A stretch of 63,128 nt of DNA, filler included, from Octopus bimaculoides (lineage: Eukaryota), in NCBI RefSeq assembly GCF_001194135.2. It is 6 parts of 6 records of this genome, joined end to end, with 100 filler letters (N's around TTAATTAATTAA, not from the genome) between each part and the next. Parts side by side here need not be neighbours in the genome. Positions count along the whole stretch, not along the records: positions 1 to 18,742 come from NC_068991.1; positions 18,843 to 38,892 come from NC_069009.1; 4 more parts are not named here. One strand, 5' to 3'. The notes under the pieces are model-generated. The model did no database searches and was not told where the DNA came from. It saw only the letters and a program-made list of their open reading frames with translations. This document shows, in pieces, positions 11,843 through 22,489 of the stretch. Each line of letters opens with the position of its first letter. Within the stretch, counting starts at the first letter, position 1. Both the position numbers and the translations under genes were made by a program.

Positions 11843-12639
11843 TCTCTTTGTCTGACACTGCATAATAGTTGTAAATGAGTATCACTATCATACAAGCAAT
11901 CTCGTTTGATTTCAATATTGGCCATGGAAGGTTGGGCACATGAAAGGCAGCTGGTCATAAAAAACCTGCCTCAACAAATTTCGTCCAACCCATGCCAGTA
12001 TAGAAAACAAGACATTAAAATGATGAAAATGATGTCAATGGCTCAGTTCAGAGTCAACAGATTGATTTTCCTTTGACTTATAACAATACACTATAAACCC
12101 AAACATACATTCGATACTCTGATCCTATTTTAAGGACCAAAGTCATAACACTGCATATTTCTTCTAATGCACACACGCATGCACACATGCAGACATAACT
12201 TGATACAAATTCTTTATAGGCCCAACAAACAGGTGCAGCCTAAATTCTGGAAAGGATCCCGGGAGACAGAGTATGGGAGGGAGCCCTCAAGACTTTGCAC
12301 CTTGAAGGGGGACCAACAACAACATAAGTTATGAACCAATGAGTGAGCATCTATGTAGTTGACTTACATACTAGAAACAGCAGCTGGTTGCCATACTGTC
12401 CTAAAAATGTAGGAAAACACATTAGATATTGTAATCCTAAATATATTATACTTGAATAGAAGAATAACATTATGGTTATAGATCAAGTGCTTTTGATCAC
12501 AGTTGCACAGGACTGAACAATGACAATACAACAGGTGATGAGGTGTGTCTGTCAAAATTCAAATGTGTCTAGTCTTCCTAGTTTTCTTTTCTTTTTGATG
12601 TTTTTTTCTTCTTCTTCACTGCTGCTGTCACCACCACCA

Positions 12640-13050
12640 TCACCATCATCATTTAACATCCACTTTTCCATGCTTGCACAGATCGGATGGAATTTATTAA
12701 GGTAGATTTTCTATAGCCAGATGCTCTTCCGATTACCTACCTTCACCTGTTTCCAAGCAAGGTATATATTTTTCCCATGGCCAGAAATGTTTTCCATAGA
12801 TGACTGGAAATGAACAGTGATATTTGTTTACAACCATCACATGATGTCTAACCAAAGGTACAAACACAAGCAAACAGACAGACATATGATGAATTTCTCT
12901 GAGTTTCTGCCTACCAAATACAATCACAAGGCTTTGGTCATCTTGCAGCGATAGAGGATAACACTTATGATTGGTGCCACACAGTGGGAATGAACCCAAG
13001 ATCACATGGTTGGGAAACAAGCTCCTTAACCACACAACCATGCCTGGTTA
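12640..13050 (-). mobile_element. Composite SINE (family B-type head, family C-type tail)
   Basis: tcatttaacatccacttttccatgc..gatgctcttcc..; acacttatgattggtgccacacagtgggaatgaaccc..cttaaccacacaaccatgcct. Similar C-type copies at 13380-13690, 15765-15990, 16590-16742, 11885-12030(+). Confidence 0.65.
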
Positions 13051-13112
13051 TGTCGTATGATGGGTTGGATGATATTGCTAGTCATAGACTCGCAAGAATA
13101 AAATGTCTTTAC

Positions 13113-13217
13113 CAAAGTTATAACTTGATCGTTCAAGCTGACATCTTTTACATGCATGATACGGTCTTCTGTGACAGTATAAACCTGGACTTGCTTTTTC
13201 TTCAGTGAAACACAGAT
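13113..13217 (-). CDS. TGFBRAP1: TGFBRAP1/VPS3 internal exon, ICVSLKKKQVQVYTVTEDRIMHVKDVSLNDQVITL
   Basis: Acceptor ttctttcttgcag and donor TTG|gtaaag; 105 nt, phase 0-0; resembles VCIISVKRRTIQMFLVYEDRVQIVKEVS. Confidence 0.9.
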
Positions 13218-13825
13218 CTGCAAGAAAGAAGATGAATGAAATAGTTAAAGAACTGAAGACATAACAGAGTTGCTACAATCATACATTAGCGAATCTATAA
13301 TAAAAATTATAAGTTGAACATGTCATCACCATAAACAGAACATGACCTTGAAAATGATAACATAAAGAAGACACTCTATCATCACCATCAGCATCATCAC
13401 CATTTAACATCCGTTTTCCATGTTACCATGGGCTGGACTATTTGACAGGAGCTAATCAGCTGATCAGCCAGAGAACTGCACCAAACTGCTGTGTCTGGTT
13501 TAGCATGGTTTCTACAGATGGATACCCTTCCTAATGCCAACCACTTCAGAGTGTGCTAGGTGCTCTTTATTTTCTAGTCAAATGCTCTTCCTGTTGCCGA
13601 TTCTCACTTGTTTCCAAGCAAAGTAATATTTCCTCATAGCCAAGTATGACCTCACAAAATATTTAAAATGAATTACACTGCTTGTATGATGGGGTCACTT
13701 ATAGAGAACTATGACATGACATTAAGACAAGGAGACACACACAAACATACATGCAAGCACATATGTATACACATATATGCACTCATACATAAATATATAA
13801 CAGGCTTCAGGCTTCTCTCAGTTTC

Positions 13826-14222
13826 TTATTTCTTTATTGCCCACAAGGGGCTAAACATAGAGGGGACAACCAAGGACAAACAAAGGGGTTAAGTCAATTA
13901 CATCAACCCCAGTGCGTAACTGGTACTTAATTTATCGACTCTGAAAGGATGAAAAGCAAAGTCGACCTCGGCGGAATTTGAATTCAGAACATAACAGCAG
14001 ACGAAATACTTGTTTCTTTATTGCCCACAAGGGGCTAAACATAGAGGGGACAAACAAGGACAGACAAAGGGATTAAGTCGATTACATCGACCCCAGTGCG
14101 TAACTGGTACTTAATTTATCGACCCCGAAAGGATGAAAGGCAAAGTCGACCTCAGAACGTAACGGCAGACGAAATACTGCTAAGCATTTCACCCGGCACA
14201 CTAATGTTTCTGCCAGCTCGCC
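13826..14222 (-). mobile_element. Two tandem copies of SINE family D (Meta-domain-like core)
   Basis: Minus: gagttcaaattccgccgaggtcgactttgcctttcatcctttcggggtcgataaattaagtaccagttacgcactggggtcgatgtaatcgac; units ~13826-14010 and ~14011-14222. Confidence 0.8.
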
Positions 14223-14559
14223 GCCTTTCAGTTTCTGTCAACCAGATCCATCTGCAAGGATTTGATCAGCCTGTGACCATAGTAGAAGACACTTGTTCAT
14301 GGTGCCATGCAGTGAGACTGAACATAAAACTGCATGGTTGAGAAGCTAACTTCTTGAACACACAGCCAAACCTGCATCTATCAATATAGATTTTCTTCAC
14401 TGGAAATTAAAGTGAATCTAAGATATTCTGTGTCATAGGTCACTTTGAGAAGAAAAAACAAATCTAAAACAAAAAAACGTATCTCATCCCTGTACTACAC
14501 AATCATTTCATGAACCTGCAAAGATCTGTATGAGACTGAGTCTATTTATGTGTGCACAG

Positions 14560-14990
14560 GAGAGATTGATATAAAGCCAAACTTGCAATCTTCAATTCAG
14601 TTTCTGTGCCTGTCCTCACCTACGGTCATGCATGTTGGGTAATAACTGAAAGAGTATGATCGCGAATACAAATGGTTGACATGGATACCAAAGGATCTCT
14701 GCAGTAATGTTATTCAATAGGGTACATAGCTCAGAGATTAAGGAAGCGCTTCAGGTCAAGCTACTACTTATGAGACCTTACCTGTTGTACTATGGACAAG
14801 TCATTAGGATGTCACACAAAGAATCACAAGATGGATCCTTCGAGACTAGTCCACTTGAAGGAGACCTAGGGGTCAACCAAGAATGAGATAGTTGGATAAT
14901 ATACGTAATTCCAGCTGGTTATACTTGGTTAATCCAGCTGGAAAGTGTAATGACAGCTGCTTCTGACTGGACCCCATAGAGGTGGTACTG
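14560..14990 (+). mobile_element. Decayed RTE LINE 3' fragment
   Basis: VPVLTYGHACWVITERV, LLL...YGQVIRM. Confidence 0.6.
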
Positions 14991-15057
14991 CAGGACTTTA
15001 CCCGCTGATTCTTCTAGGAACAGTGGGCAGCAAAGATGGATAGAGTAGAGGGAAAAG

Positions 15058-15355
15058 ACTCCCTTCGGTCATGAATGACCATGGGACTGCACCTAAAATG
15101 TTCCCCTCAGAGGCATAATTTCAGGCAAGGTTGTTTTATGGAAGACCAGCACTCACCCATGCATACCAGCCTACACCATCCACACCACTGATGTAATCCA
15201 AGGGAAAGGCAAAGGTCAATACAGGGCACCAGTGATATCACAACTCATTCCTACAGCTGAGTAAACTGGAGCAACATGAAATAAAGTGTCTTGCTCAAGA
15301 ACACAACACACAGCCTGGACCAGGAACTGAACTCACTACCTCATGATTGTGAACC
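15058..15355 (-). mobile_element. SINE family A, second copy
   Basis: Colinear with 1857-2194. Confidence 0.8.
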
Positions 15356-15560
15356 TGATGGGATTGGATGAACACATATACATACATATATAGACATCTA
15401 ATATATAAAACAAGANNNNNNNNNNNNNNNNNNNNNNNNNNNNNNNNNNNNNNNNNNNNNNNNNNNNNNNNNNNNNNNNNNNNNNNNNNNNNNNNNNNNN
15501 NNNNNNNNNNNATATATATATATATATATATATATAAAGATTTGAGACTGAAGCACTTAC

Positions 15561-15647
15561 CTCAACACTAAATGGATTGCTACATGTTGGATTTTCATTC
15601 AAACAAAATGATGTGACACCCTTCACCTTGGCTCCACTGGTGATTGG
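15561..15647 (-). CDS. TGFBRAP1: TGFBRAP1/VPS3 internal exon (CNH domain), PITSGAKVKGVTSFCLNENPTCSNPFSVE
   Basis: Acceptor ttcttttttag and donor GAG|gtaagt; 87 nt, phase 0-0; matches recalled vertebrate TGFBRAP1 PVPSGARIKGAATFALNENPVSGDPFCVE; splices in frame to the next three exons. Confidence 0.9.
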
Positions 15648-16344
15648 CTAAAAAAGAAATGAAATCAGAATTGTTTAGAATTTGTACAGCTATCAAACCT
15701 ATGAAGATAAATGAAGACAGTCTGAGAAGATATCCTAATACATCATTATTTATGAAAAACTTGTACATCATCGTTTTAATGCCCACTTTTCCAAGCCAGC
15801 ATGGGTCAAATTAATTTGCTGTGGCAGATTTTCTGCAGTCAGATGCCCTTCTTGTTTCCAGCCCATTCCTAGTACAAAGCAAGGTATTAATTTCCCATGG
15901 CCAGACATGTTTTCCACAAAAGATTAAAAACAGTCAACCTCTCTCATAAGACAATAATGCTCATTTACAACCATCATGTCTCCACAACAACACACACAAA
16001 TACTTACACACTTACATATACAACAGGTTTCTATACAGTTCCTGTCTACCAAATCCAATCACAAGGCTTTGGTCAGTTTGATATGCATGACAAAAAACTG
16101 CAACAAATACATACACACACACAGAAAACACATTTCAGAGAATACTTACATATGTAATGTTTGGACATGGACACATTTTCAGTGTTGCATCCTGAAGTCA
16201 CTGGGTGTTTCCTATCTTACAAAATACATCTTAATCCAGGTGACCCTGCCTAGCATAGTTCTGTAACCAAACATCTTTCTACTTACTCCACCAATCACCT
16301 CTTTTCACCCACCCACCCATGCATGCATGCATGCACAAACACAC

Positions 16345-16565
16345 ATCTTTCATCTTTCACTTGTTTCAGTCATTAGACTGTGGCCATGCTGGGGTACTGC
16401 CTTGAAGAATTTGCAGTCATATGAAACGACCCCAGAACTCTTTACTTTAAGCCAGGTACATATTTTATTAGTCTCTTTAGCTGAATTGCAAAGTTATGGG
16501 GACTTAAACAAACCAACACTGGTTGTAAAGTGGTAGTGACAGGGACAAACACAGACACAAAGACA
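16345..16565 (-). mobile_element. SINE family B tail
   Basis: cttgtttcagtcattagactgtggccatgctgggg..gcaaagttatggggacttaaacaaaccaacac. Confidence 0.7.
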
Positions 16566-16744
16566 CACCCACATAGTTATGCACAGATATATCATCATCA
16601 TCATTTAACGTGTGTTGTCCAAGCTGGCATGGGTTGGACAGTTTGAGTAGGCTGGTATGCTGGAAGGCTGCACCAGACGCCAGTCTGATTTAGCATGGTT
16701 TTCTACAGCTGGATCCCCTTCCTAACACCAACCACTCCGAAGAC

Positions 16745-17259
16745 CAGCACAAAGGAATATCTGGACATCCTGAAGAACTCTATTACTTTAGATGGAGCAG
16801 AAGTTTGGGTTTGACAATATGGTGTTTATCCAGGATTCTGCTCCATGCCATGGGTCAAAAACAACACAGGCCTTCCTTGGTGAGATGGTGCCATTTTTTG
16901 TGAGGGTCAACATCTGGCCCAGTAATAGTCCACATCTTAACCTTCTCAATTACTTTTCACGGGGCATACTTCAAGCAAGGACCAATGCTTTACCACACTT
17001 GAGTGTCAATAGTTTGAAGACCTGAATCGTGCATGTGACATACAAAATCAAAAAGGCAGAGGTTATAGCAACTGCAAAAACATTTGATTCTCATGTGGAG
17101 GGAGTAATTGCCCAAAAGGCTGGCCATATTGCAGGATAAATGATTTTGTTGTAAAAAATGTTACATTAAAATTATATCTGTTTACTACCATTATTTTAGT
17201 ATTTATAACCAGTTTTATGCATCATAAAAATTGTCTCAATTTATCTGCAAGACCCTATA
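16745..17259 (+). mobile_element. maT (DD37D-type) Tc1/mariner 3' fragment with right TIR
   Basis: FIQDSAPCH..WPSNSPHLNLLNY with 37 residues between D and the degenerate third D; ends caatttatctgcaagaccctaTA. Confidence 0.75.
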
Positions 17260-18300
17260 TGTGTGTGCGTATGTAAGTTTTTCAGATTCTGGGTATATAT
17301 AAATAAGAAATTCATTCTAAATTATCTCAATCTCTTCTCCGCTGACATACTACAACGAAGTCNNNNNNNNNNNNNNNNNNNNNNNNNNNNNNNNNNNNNN
17401 NNNNNNNNNNNNNNNNNNNNNNNNNNNNNNNNNNNNNNNNNNNNNNNNNNNNNNNNNNNNNNNNNNNNNNNNNNNNNNNNNNNNNNNNNNNNNNNNNNNN
17501 NNNNNNNNNNNNNNNNNNNNNNNNNNNNNNNNNNNNNNNNNNNNNNNNNNNNNNNNNNNNNNNNNNNNNNNNNNNNNNNNNNNNNNNNNNNNNNNNNNNN
17601 NNNNNNNNNNNNNNNNNNNNNNNNNNNNNNNNNNNNNNNNNNNNNNNNNNNNNNNNNNNNNNNNNNNNNNNNNNNNNNNNNNNNNNNNNNNNNNNNNNNN
17701 NNNNNNNNNNNNNNNNNNNNNNNNNNNNNNNNNNNNNNNNNNNNNNNNNNNNNNNNNNNNNNNNNNNNNNNNNNNNNNNNNNNNNNNNNNNNNNNNNNNN
17801 NNNNNNNNNNNNNNNNNNNNNNNNNNNNNNNNNNNNNNNNNNNNNNNNNNNNNNNNNNNNNNNNNNNNNNNNNNNNNNNNNNNNNNNNNNNNNNNNNNNN
17901 NNNNNNNNNNNNNNNNNNNNNNNNNNNNNNNNNNNNNNNNNNNNNNNNNNNNNNNNNNNNNNNNNNNNNNNNNNNNNNNNNNNNNNNNNNNNNNNNNNNN
18001 NNNNNNNNNNNNNNNNNNNNNNNNNNNNNNNNNNNNNNNNNNNNNNNNNNNNNNNNNNAATAAGAAATCCATTCTAAATTATCTCAATCTCTTCTCCGCT
18101 GACATACTGCGACGAAGTCTTCAAGATGCAGATAAGATAGAGATTTTTTTTTATTTACGGCCTCAACATCTCATTCCTTTTGCGCTTTAGTCTGCCCTCT
18201 ATTATTTATCTTGTTTCTCTCCATGAAATTCAATTGAATTCAGTTTTTGTCTTAAATTCATACTTATTCATTTTCTAAGCTTCCTAAATCCATGCTACTT

Positions 18301-18741
18301 ATATATTCTATTCACCGAGGTTTCATTCACCCAACACCCATATATTCTATTCACCGAGGTTTCTATTCACCCAACACCCATACTGTTAGGATTGGCACTC
18401 TCAACGTCGGCACGCTGAAAGGTAGATCTGGTGAAATTGTTCAGATGCTTGAACGGAGACGCGTAGATATGTGCTGCATCCAGGAAGTAAGATGGAGAGG
18501 AGGTTCTGCGAGGTTCCTCACAGGCAAAGAACACAGGTACAAGATTTTCTGGGCAGAGAACACTGACGGGGTCGGGGGCGTAGGAATACTTCTAACGGAG
18601 AAATGGGTGGATAAGGTAATCGAGGTCGTTAGAGTAAGTGACAGAGTACTTAAGATTAGACTAGTGCTTCATCATAGATTAGCTACTGTCATCTCAGCCT
18701 ATGCACCTCAACCGGGGCTACCAGATGGTCTGAAAGACCAA
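18301..18741 (+). mobile_element. RTE LINE apurinic endonuclease, open reading frame cut by gap
   Basis: RIGTLNVGTL..DMCCIQEVRW..GVGILL..VISAYAPQ; 39/40-bp tandem duplication at 18301-18379. Confidence 0.9.
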
Positions 18742-18786
18742 TNNNNNNNNNNNNNNNNNNNNNNNNNNNNNNNNNNNNNNNNNNNN

Positions 18787-18798
18787 TTAATTAATTAA
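18787..18798. other. Artificial scaffold-join spacer TTAATTAATTAA
   Basis: All-frame stop 12-mer centred in a 100-bp N block. Confidence 0.95.
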
Positions 18799-18842
18799 NN
18801 NNNNNNNNNNNNNNNNNNNNNNNNNNNNNNNNNNNNNNNNNN

Positions 18843-19038
18843 CCTGCCCAAGCTCATCGAAACGCCGGTGTTAAAACGTGGGGAGCTGATGAAGTAAAAT
18901 GTTCTCTATGTGGCTTGTGTGTTTTCTCGTCTACGTTTTGTTTGCAATGCCCTGTACCCAGATATGCACCTATACATACAGGTGGATGTCGGTATGCACA
19001 TACCTGTACGTATATATGCATATACTCATTTACTATTT

Positions 19039-19073
<35 letters not shown>

Positions 19074-19190
19074 TGCTGAAACAAGTAGAAGAATGAAAGA
19101 AAGGATAGACAAATAAAGGAATTCCTAGGGAAAATCCAGTCGCATATACATACCTCCATACTGTTGTTGACATTGAGTTGCATAAATATC
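18843..19190 (+). mobile_element. Short Penelope-pLTR-like repeat beginning with a gap-truncated hammerhead half
   Basis: ..CTCATC-GAAAC-GCCGGT-GTT-AAAACG..CTGATGAAG; body near-identical to 4749-4870. Confidence 0.5.
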
Positions 19191-19246
19191 ACTCAGTCTT
19201 TTATTCTCCCTACCATTTCTCTCTCTCTCCCTCTCTCTTTGCACAG

Positions 19247-19363
19247 TTCTACTTGGCACCAAAGAAGAAGCTGAAATCAGAACTGGAATCAAAGAAGGTT
19301 TCTGAGACTGAGTTTTTCACTGTGAAGCATGGAGAGATACGTTACGTGACAGCAGAACCTTAG
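19247..19363 (+). CDS. NAPEPLD: Last coding exon of an N-acyl-phosphatidylethanolamine phospholipase D homologue, FYLAPKKKLKSELESKKVSETEFFTVKHGEIRYVTAEP*
   Basis: Long pyrimidine tract plus gcacag acceptor (AG 19245-46); 38 codons then TAG; aligns to recalled human C-terminus [34 protein letters not shown]. Upstream exons not found. Confidence 0.82.
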   Translation, partial: FYLAPKKKLKSELESKKVSETEFFTVKHGEIRYVTAEP

Positions 19364-19382
19364 GAAGACAGCGACCTAAAGG

Positions 19383-19422
<40 letters not shown>

Positions 19423-19446
19423 TATAAGGACTTCTGAGGGAGACAG

Positions 19447-19657
19447 GGGTCAAAGGTCATACGCACTCTGTTATGACTTTTCCGACAGAAAAAAGGTCGG
19501 TCCTTTACATTACAGGATTGTGTTTCAGGGAGGCAGGAGTCAAAGGTCATATATATGGCTTCTTGGGAAGGAAGGGGTTAAAAGTCACATGTACTATGGG
19601 GTCAGAGGTCATTTACACTTTATGAAGGCTTCATGAGAAGACAGGGCTCAGAAGTCA
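19447..19657 (+). promoter_or_regulatory. Cluster of five DR1-like 13-mers (RGGTCAnAGGTCA variants)
   Basis: GGGTCAaAGGTCA 19447, GAGTCAaAGGTCA 19537, GGGTTAaAAGTCA 19575, GGGTCAgAGGTCA 19599, GGCTCAgAAGTCA 19645; function unproven. Confidence 0.3.
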
Positions 19658-20069
19658 TGTATACTACATGGGAACACATGCATATGAGTCTGTGTGTACA
19701 TGTGAGTCTGCATGCATGTGACTGTGCGTGCTTGTGAGTCTTTGTACATGTGACTCTGTGCATGCTTGTGAGTTTGCATGTATGTGAGTCTGTGTGTGTG
19801 TGTGTATGAGTGTGGAGGAATATATGTGTATTCGTATGTGTATATGAGCATATGTACATAGGTGTGTGTATGTATAATACATTACTGTTTGTATTTATAT
19901 GTAAGGACAACCAAACATAGTTGAAGAATTGCCCTGTATATTGAAGTAAAATATCACATAAAGAGAAAAGTTGACAGTGACTTCAAAGTATTCTCTCAGT
20001 TACTTTTATTGAACTGTCTAGTAAAGACAACTAGCTTTGAAACTTTGAAGTCCCTGTCAATCTTTCAAA

Positions 20070-20111
20070 TTAAAAAAAATAATAATGTATATATAATAAT
20101 ATGTAATATAT

Positions 20112-20146
<35 letters not shown>

Positions 20147-20560
20147 CATATATAATATATATAATAATAATATATAATATACTATGATATATATATAGTG
20201 ATATATAATTTATATATAAATAATATATATAATAATAAATAATAACAAAATAATATTTAATGATATATAAATAACATATATAATATATGACATAACATGT
20301 ACATGTAGGTATATATATATATGTGTGTGTGTGTGTGTATATATACCAGCGTAATATATAATGATACATATATATATAATATAATTTATATATAATAACA
20401 TAATAATATTTATATATAATAACATAATAATATTTATAAATAACATATATAATAATATTTAATAATATGTAATAATATATATAATAATATATGATATATA
20501 ACATGTACACGTAGGTGTGTATATATATATGTGTGTGTATATACAGCGGAGTAAGCACAT
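20070..20560. repeat. Near AT-only low-complexity TA/TAA tract with internal duplications
   Basis: Direct reading. Confidence 0.9.
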
Positions 20561-20613
20561 AAATGTGCAACAAGGTGTAAAAAAGAGTACTCAATTACCA
20601 GAGGTAGAGTAAT

Positions 20614-20688
20614 ATGCTTTATTTAAAAGCAGCAGAAATATAACAAAAAGCTTTTGTTGTATATTTCTGCTGCTTTTAAATAAAGCAT
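20614..20688. repeat. 75-nt near-perfect palindrome
   Basis: 29-bp perfect arms ATGCTTTATTTAAAAGCAGCAGAAATATA / TATATTTCTGCTGCTTTTAAATAAAGCAT around an AAAAGCTTTT centre. Confidence 0.95.
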
Positions 20689-20701
20689 GTGTGTGTGTGT
20701 C

Positions 20702-20801
<100 letters not shown>

Positions 20802-21329
20802 CACACATGTATACATACATATGTATGCTATCCGAATTTCAATATGTAAGAAATTATATGTACATGTCTATAACAATATATATATACTTTAACATTATAT
20901 AATACAACTGTATATTAAATAAATTAATGCAAATAAAGAAAATTACTCGTCAAATCACTGGAACGTCATAGTCACATCTCTGGTTCAACTCTAAATATAC
21001 ACATAAAATTCACCTTAGATATTTACATTGTATGGAAGACAAGAATCGGACAAGATTTCTCTCAGTTGGTCTGTAAAAGGCAAATAACAGTGCAGAATAT
21101 ACTGTGGTGCTATTCATTAGGTAAGAATTTTCCTTATTAATGCCCTTAGAGCAATTAAGTTAGTGCTAAATAGATATTAAGGAGTTTACCATCATTTCAA
21201 TTAGTCAAAATAGCAGGAAGAAATAAAATAAATAAATAAATAAAATTAAAATAATGTAAGAAAATATAAGCAAATAATATAAAATTTAAGCAAATAATAT
21301 ACTATTAATATGATATTAATAATATTAAG

Positions 21330-21615
21330 CAAATATGGTTCTGGGTTTAGTCCCACTGCGTAACACCTTGGGCAAGTGTCTTCTACTATAGCTTCGGGCC
21401 AACCAAAGCCTTGTGAGTGGATTTGGTAGACGGAAACTGAAAGAAGCCCGTCATATATATGTATATATATATGTAAGTATGTGTGTGTATATGTTAAGAG
21501 ATCAATAGAATAAGTGTTAGGCTTACAAAGAATAAGTCCTGGAGTCGATTTAATTCGACTAAAGGCGGTGCTCCAGCATGGCTACAGTCAAATGACTGAA
21601 ACAAGTAAAAGAATA
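21330..21615 (+). mobile_element. SINE family B (internally deleted)
   Basis: ggttctgggtttagtcccactgcgtaacaccttgggcaagtgtc..ggcggtgctccagcatggctacagtcaaatgactgaaacaagtaaaaga. Confidence 0.8.
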
Positions 21616-22116
21616 AATAATATAAAATTTGTTGTCAGTAGGGTCCAACTCGGTGGAAGGTAAATCCTTTGGGTTTTGGCTGTCTTTCTTTGGAGTGGTT
21701 TTCCTTAGTATACTGACTGGTTGTGTAGAATGCAAACCTCCCTCTGTGGGTGGTGCAATAGTTTCTAATACTGGATTCAGGACTGTGGAGGTGTCCGCTG
21801 CCATGGTCGTTGATATGTCTTCTTTAAGTTGTATGAACTTGGCTGTTTGAGTGGGTGGTGGGAAGGCTTGTATGTTCTGGGTTGGCTTTGTTCGGGTGTC
21901 TCTTTTGCTTGTGGGTGGCTTATGTCTCTTACTCCCAGTGGGAAGGAGGTTATGAAGTGGACTTATTGCCCACATCAGTAGCACCTGGGTCTCTGCCCTT
22001 CCACCATCACACGCAGTATTTTGCCGTTTGGTATTTGTTCTAGGACCTGTTGGTTTACTTGGATTAACAACTCTATCCCCTACCCCCATCAGTTCGTTTG
22101 GTAGTTCGTACTATGT

Positions 22117-22470
22117 TTATTTTGTCCTCAATGTCAAGCAGGACAGCTCCTGAATTTTAACTTTTGAGACTCTTTGACCCAGGTAGGTTAGAAGGAGCAC
22201 CAGCTTGTTTGTTTTTAGGGACACAGTGGAGTGTTCTTTGGCCTTGTTTTCCGAAACGAACCTCACCTCCACAGTGCCATATTTTTTCCCTCTGGCCACA
22301 TATTTAATCCTTGACCATACTGGTTGCAAAAGCTTTTCAACAGTTTCTTTTGCTATTCGGTCAATCTTTCTCTGTTTGAGTGACAGAGTTTTCTATATTA
22401 TCATTTGTCGTGCCGTGCACTGTTGTATATCACGAGCAGGGGTCAAGTTAACATTTGTGCCATTTCTCTA
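22117..22470 (-). mobile_element. Putative non-LTR ORF1-like remnant
   Basis: RGKKYGTVEVRF..LLLTYLGQRVSKVKI shares a motif with 23992-24486 (LLPTYLGCRTAKVTV). Confidence 0.4.
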
Positions 22471-22489
22471 ATAAATTCTTCACTTTTTA

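Noticed and set aside
13826-14222. Tandem repeats resembling a CRISPR array (also 33428-33722)
   Set aside because: Eukaryotic SINE-derived units with no unique spacers and no cas genes
17300-18120. ~60-bp direct repeat on both sides of an N gap
   Set aside because: Most likely unmerged contig overlap (assembly artefact)
21014-21070. 57-nt minus-strand segment with good AG/GT sites (PTERNLVRFLSSIQCKYL)
   Set aside because: No recognisable homology or partner exon; could be chance
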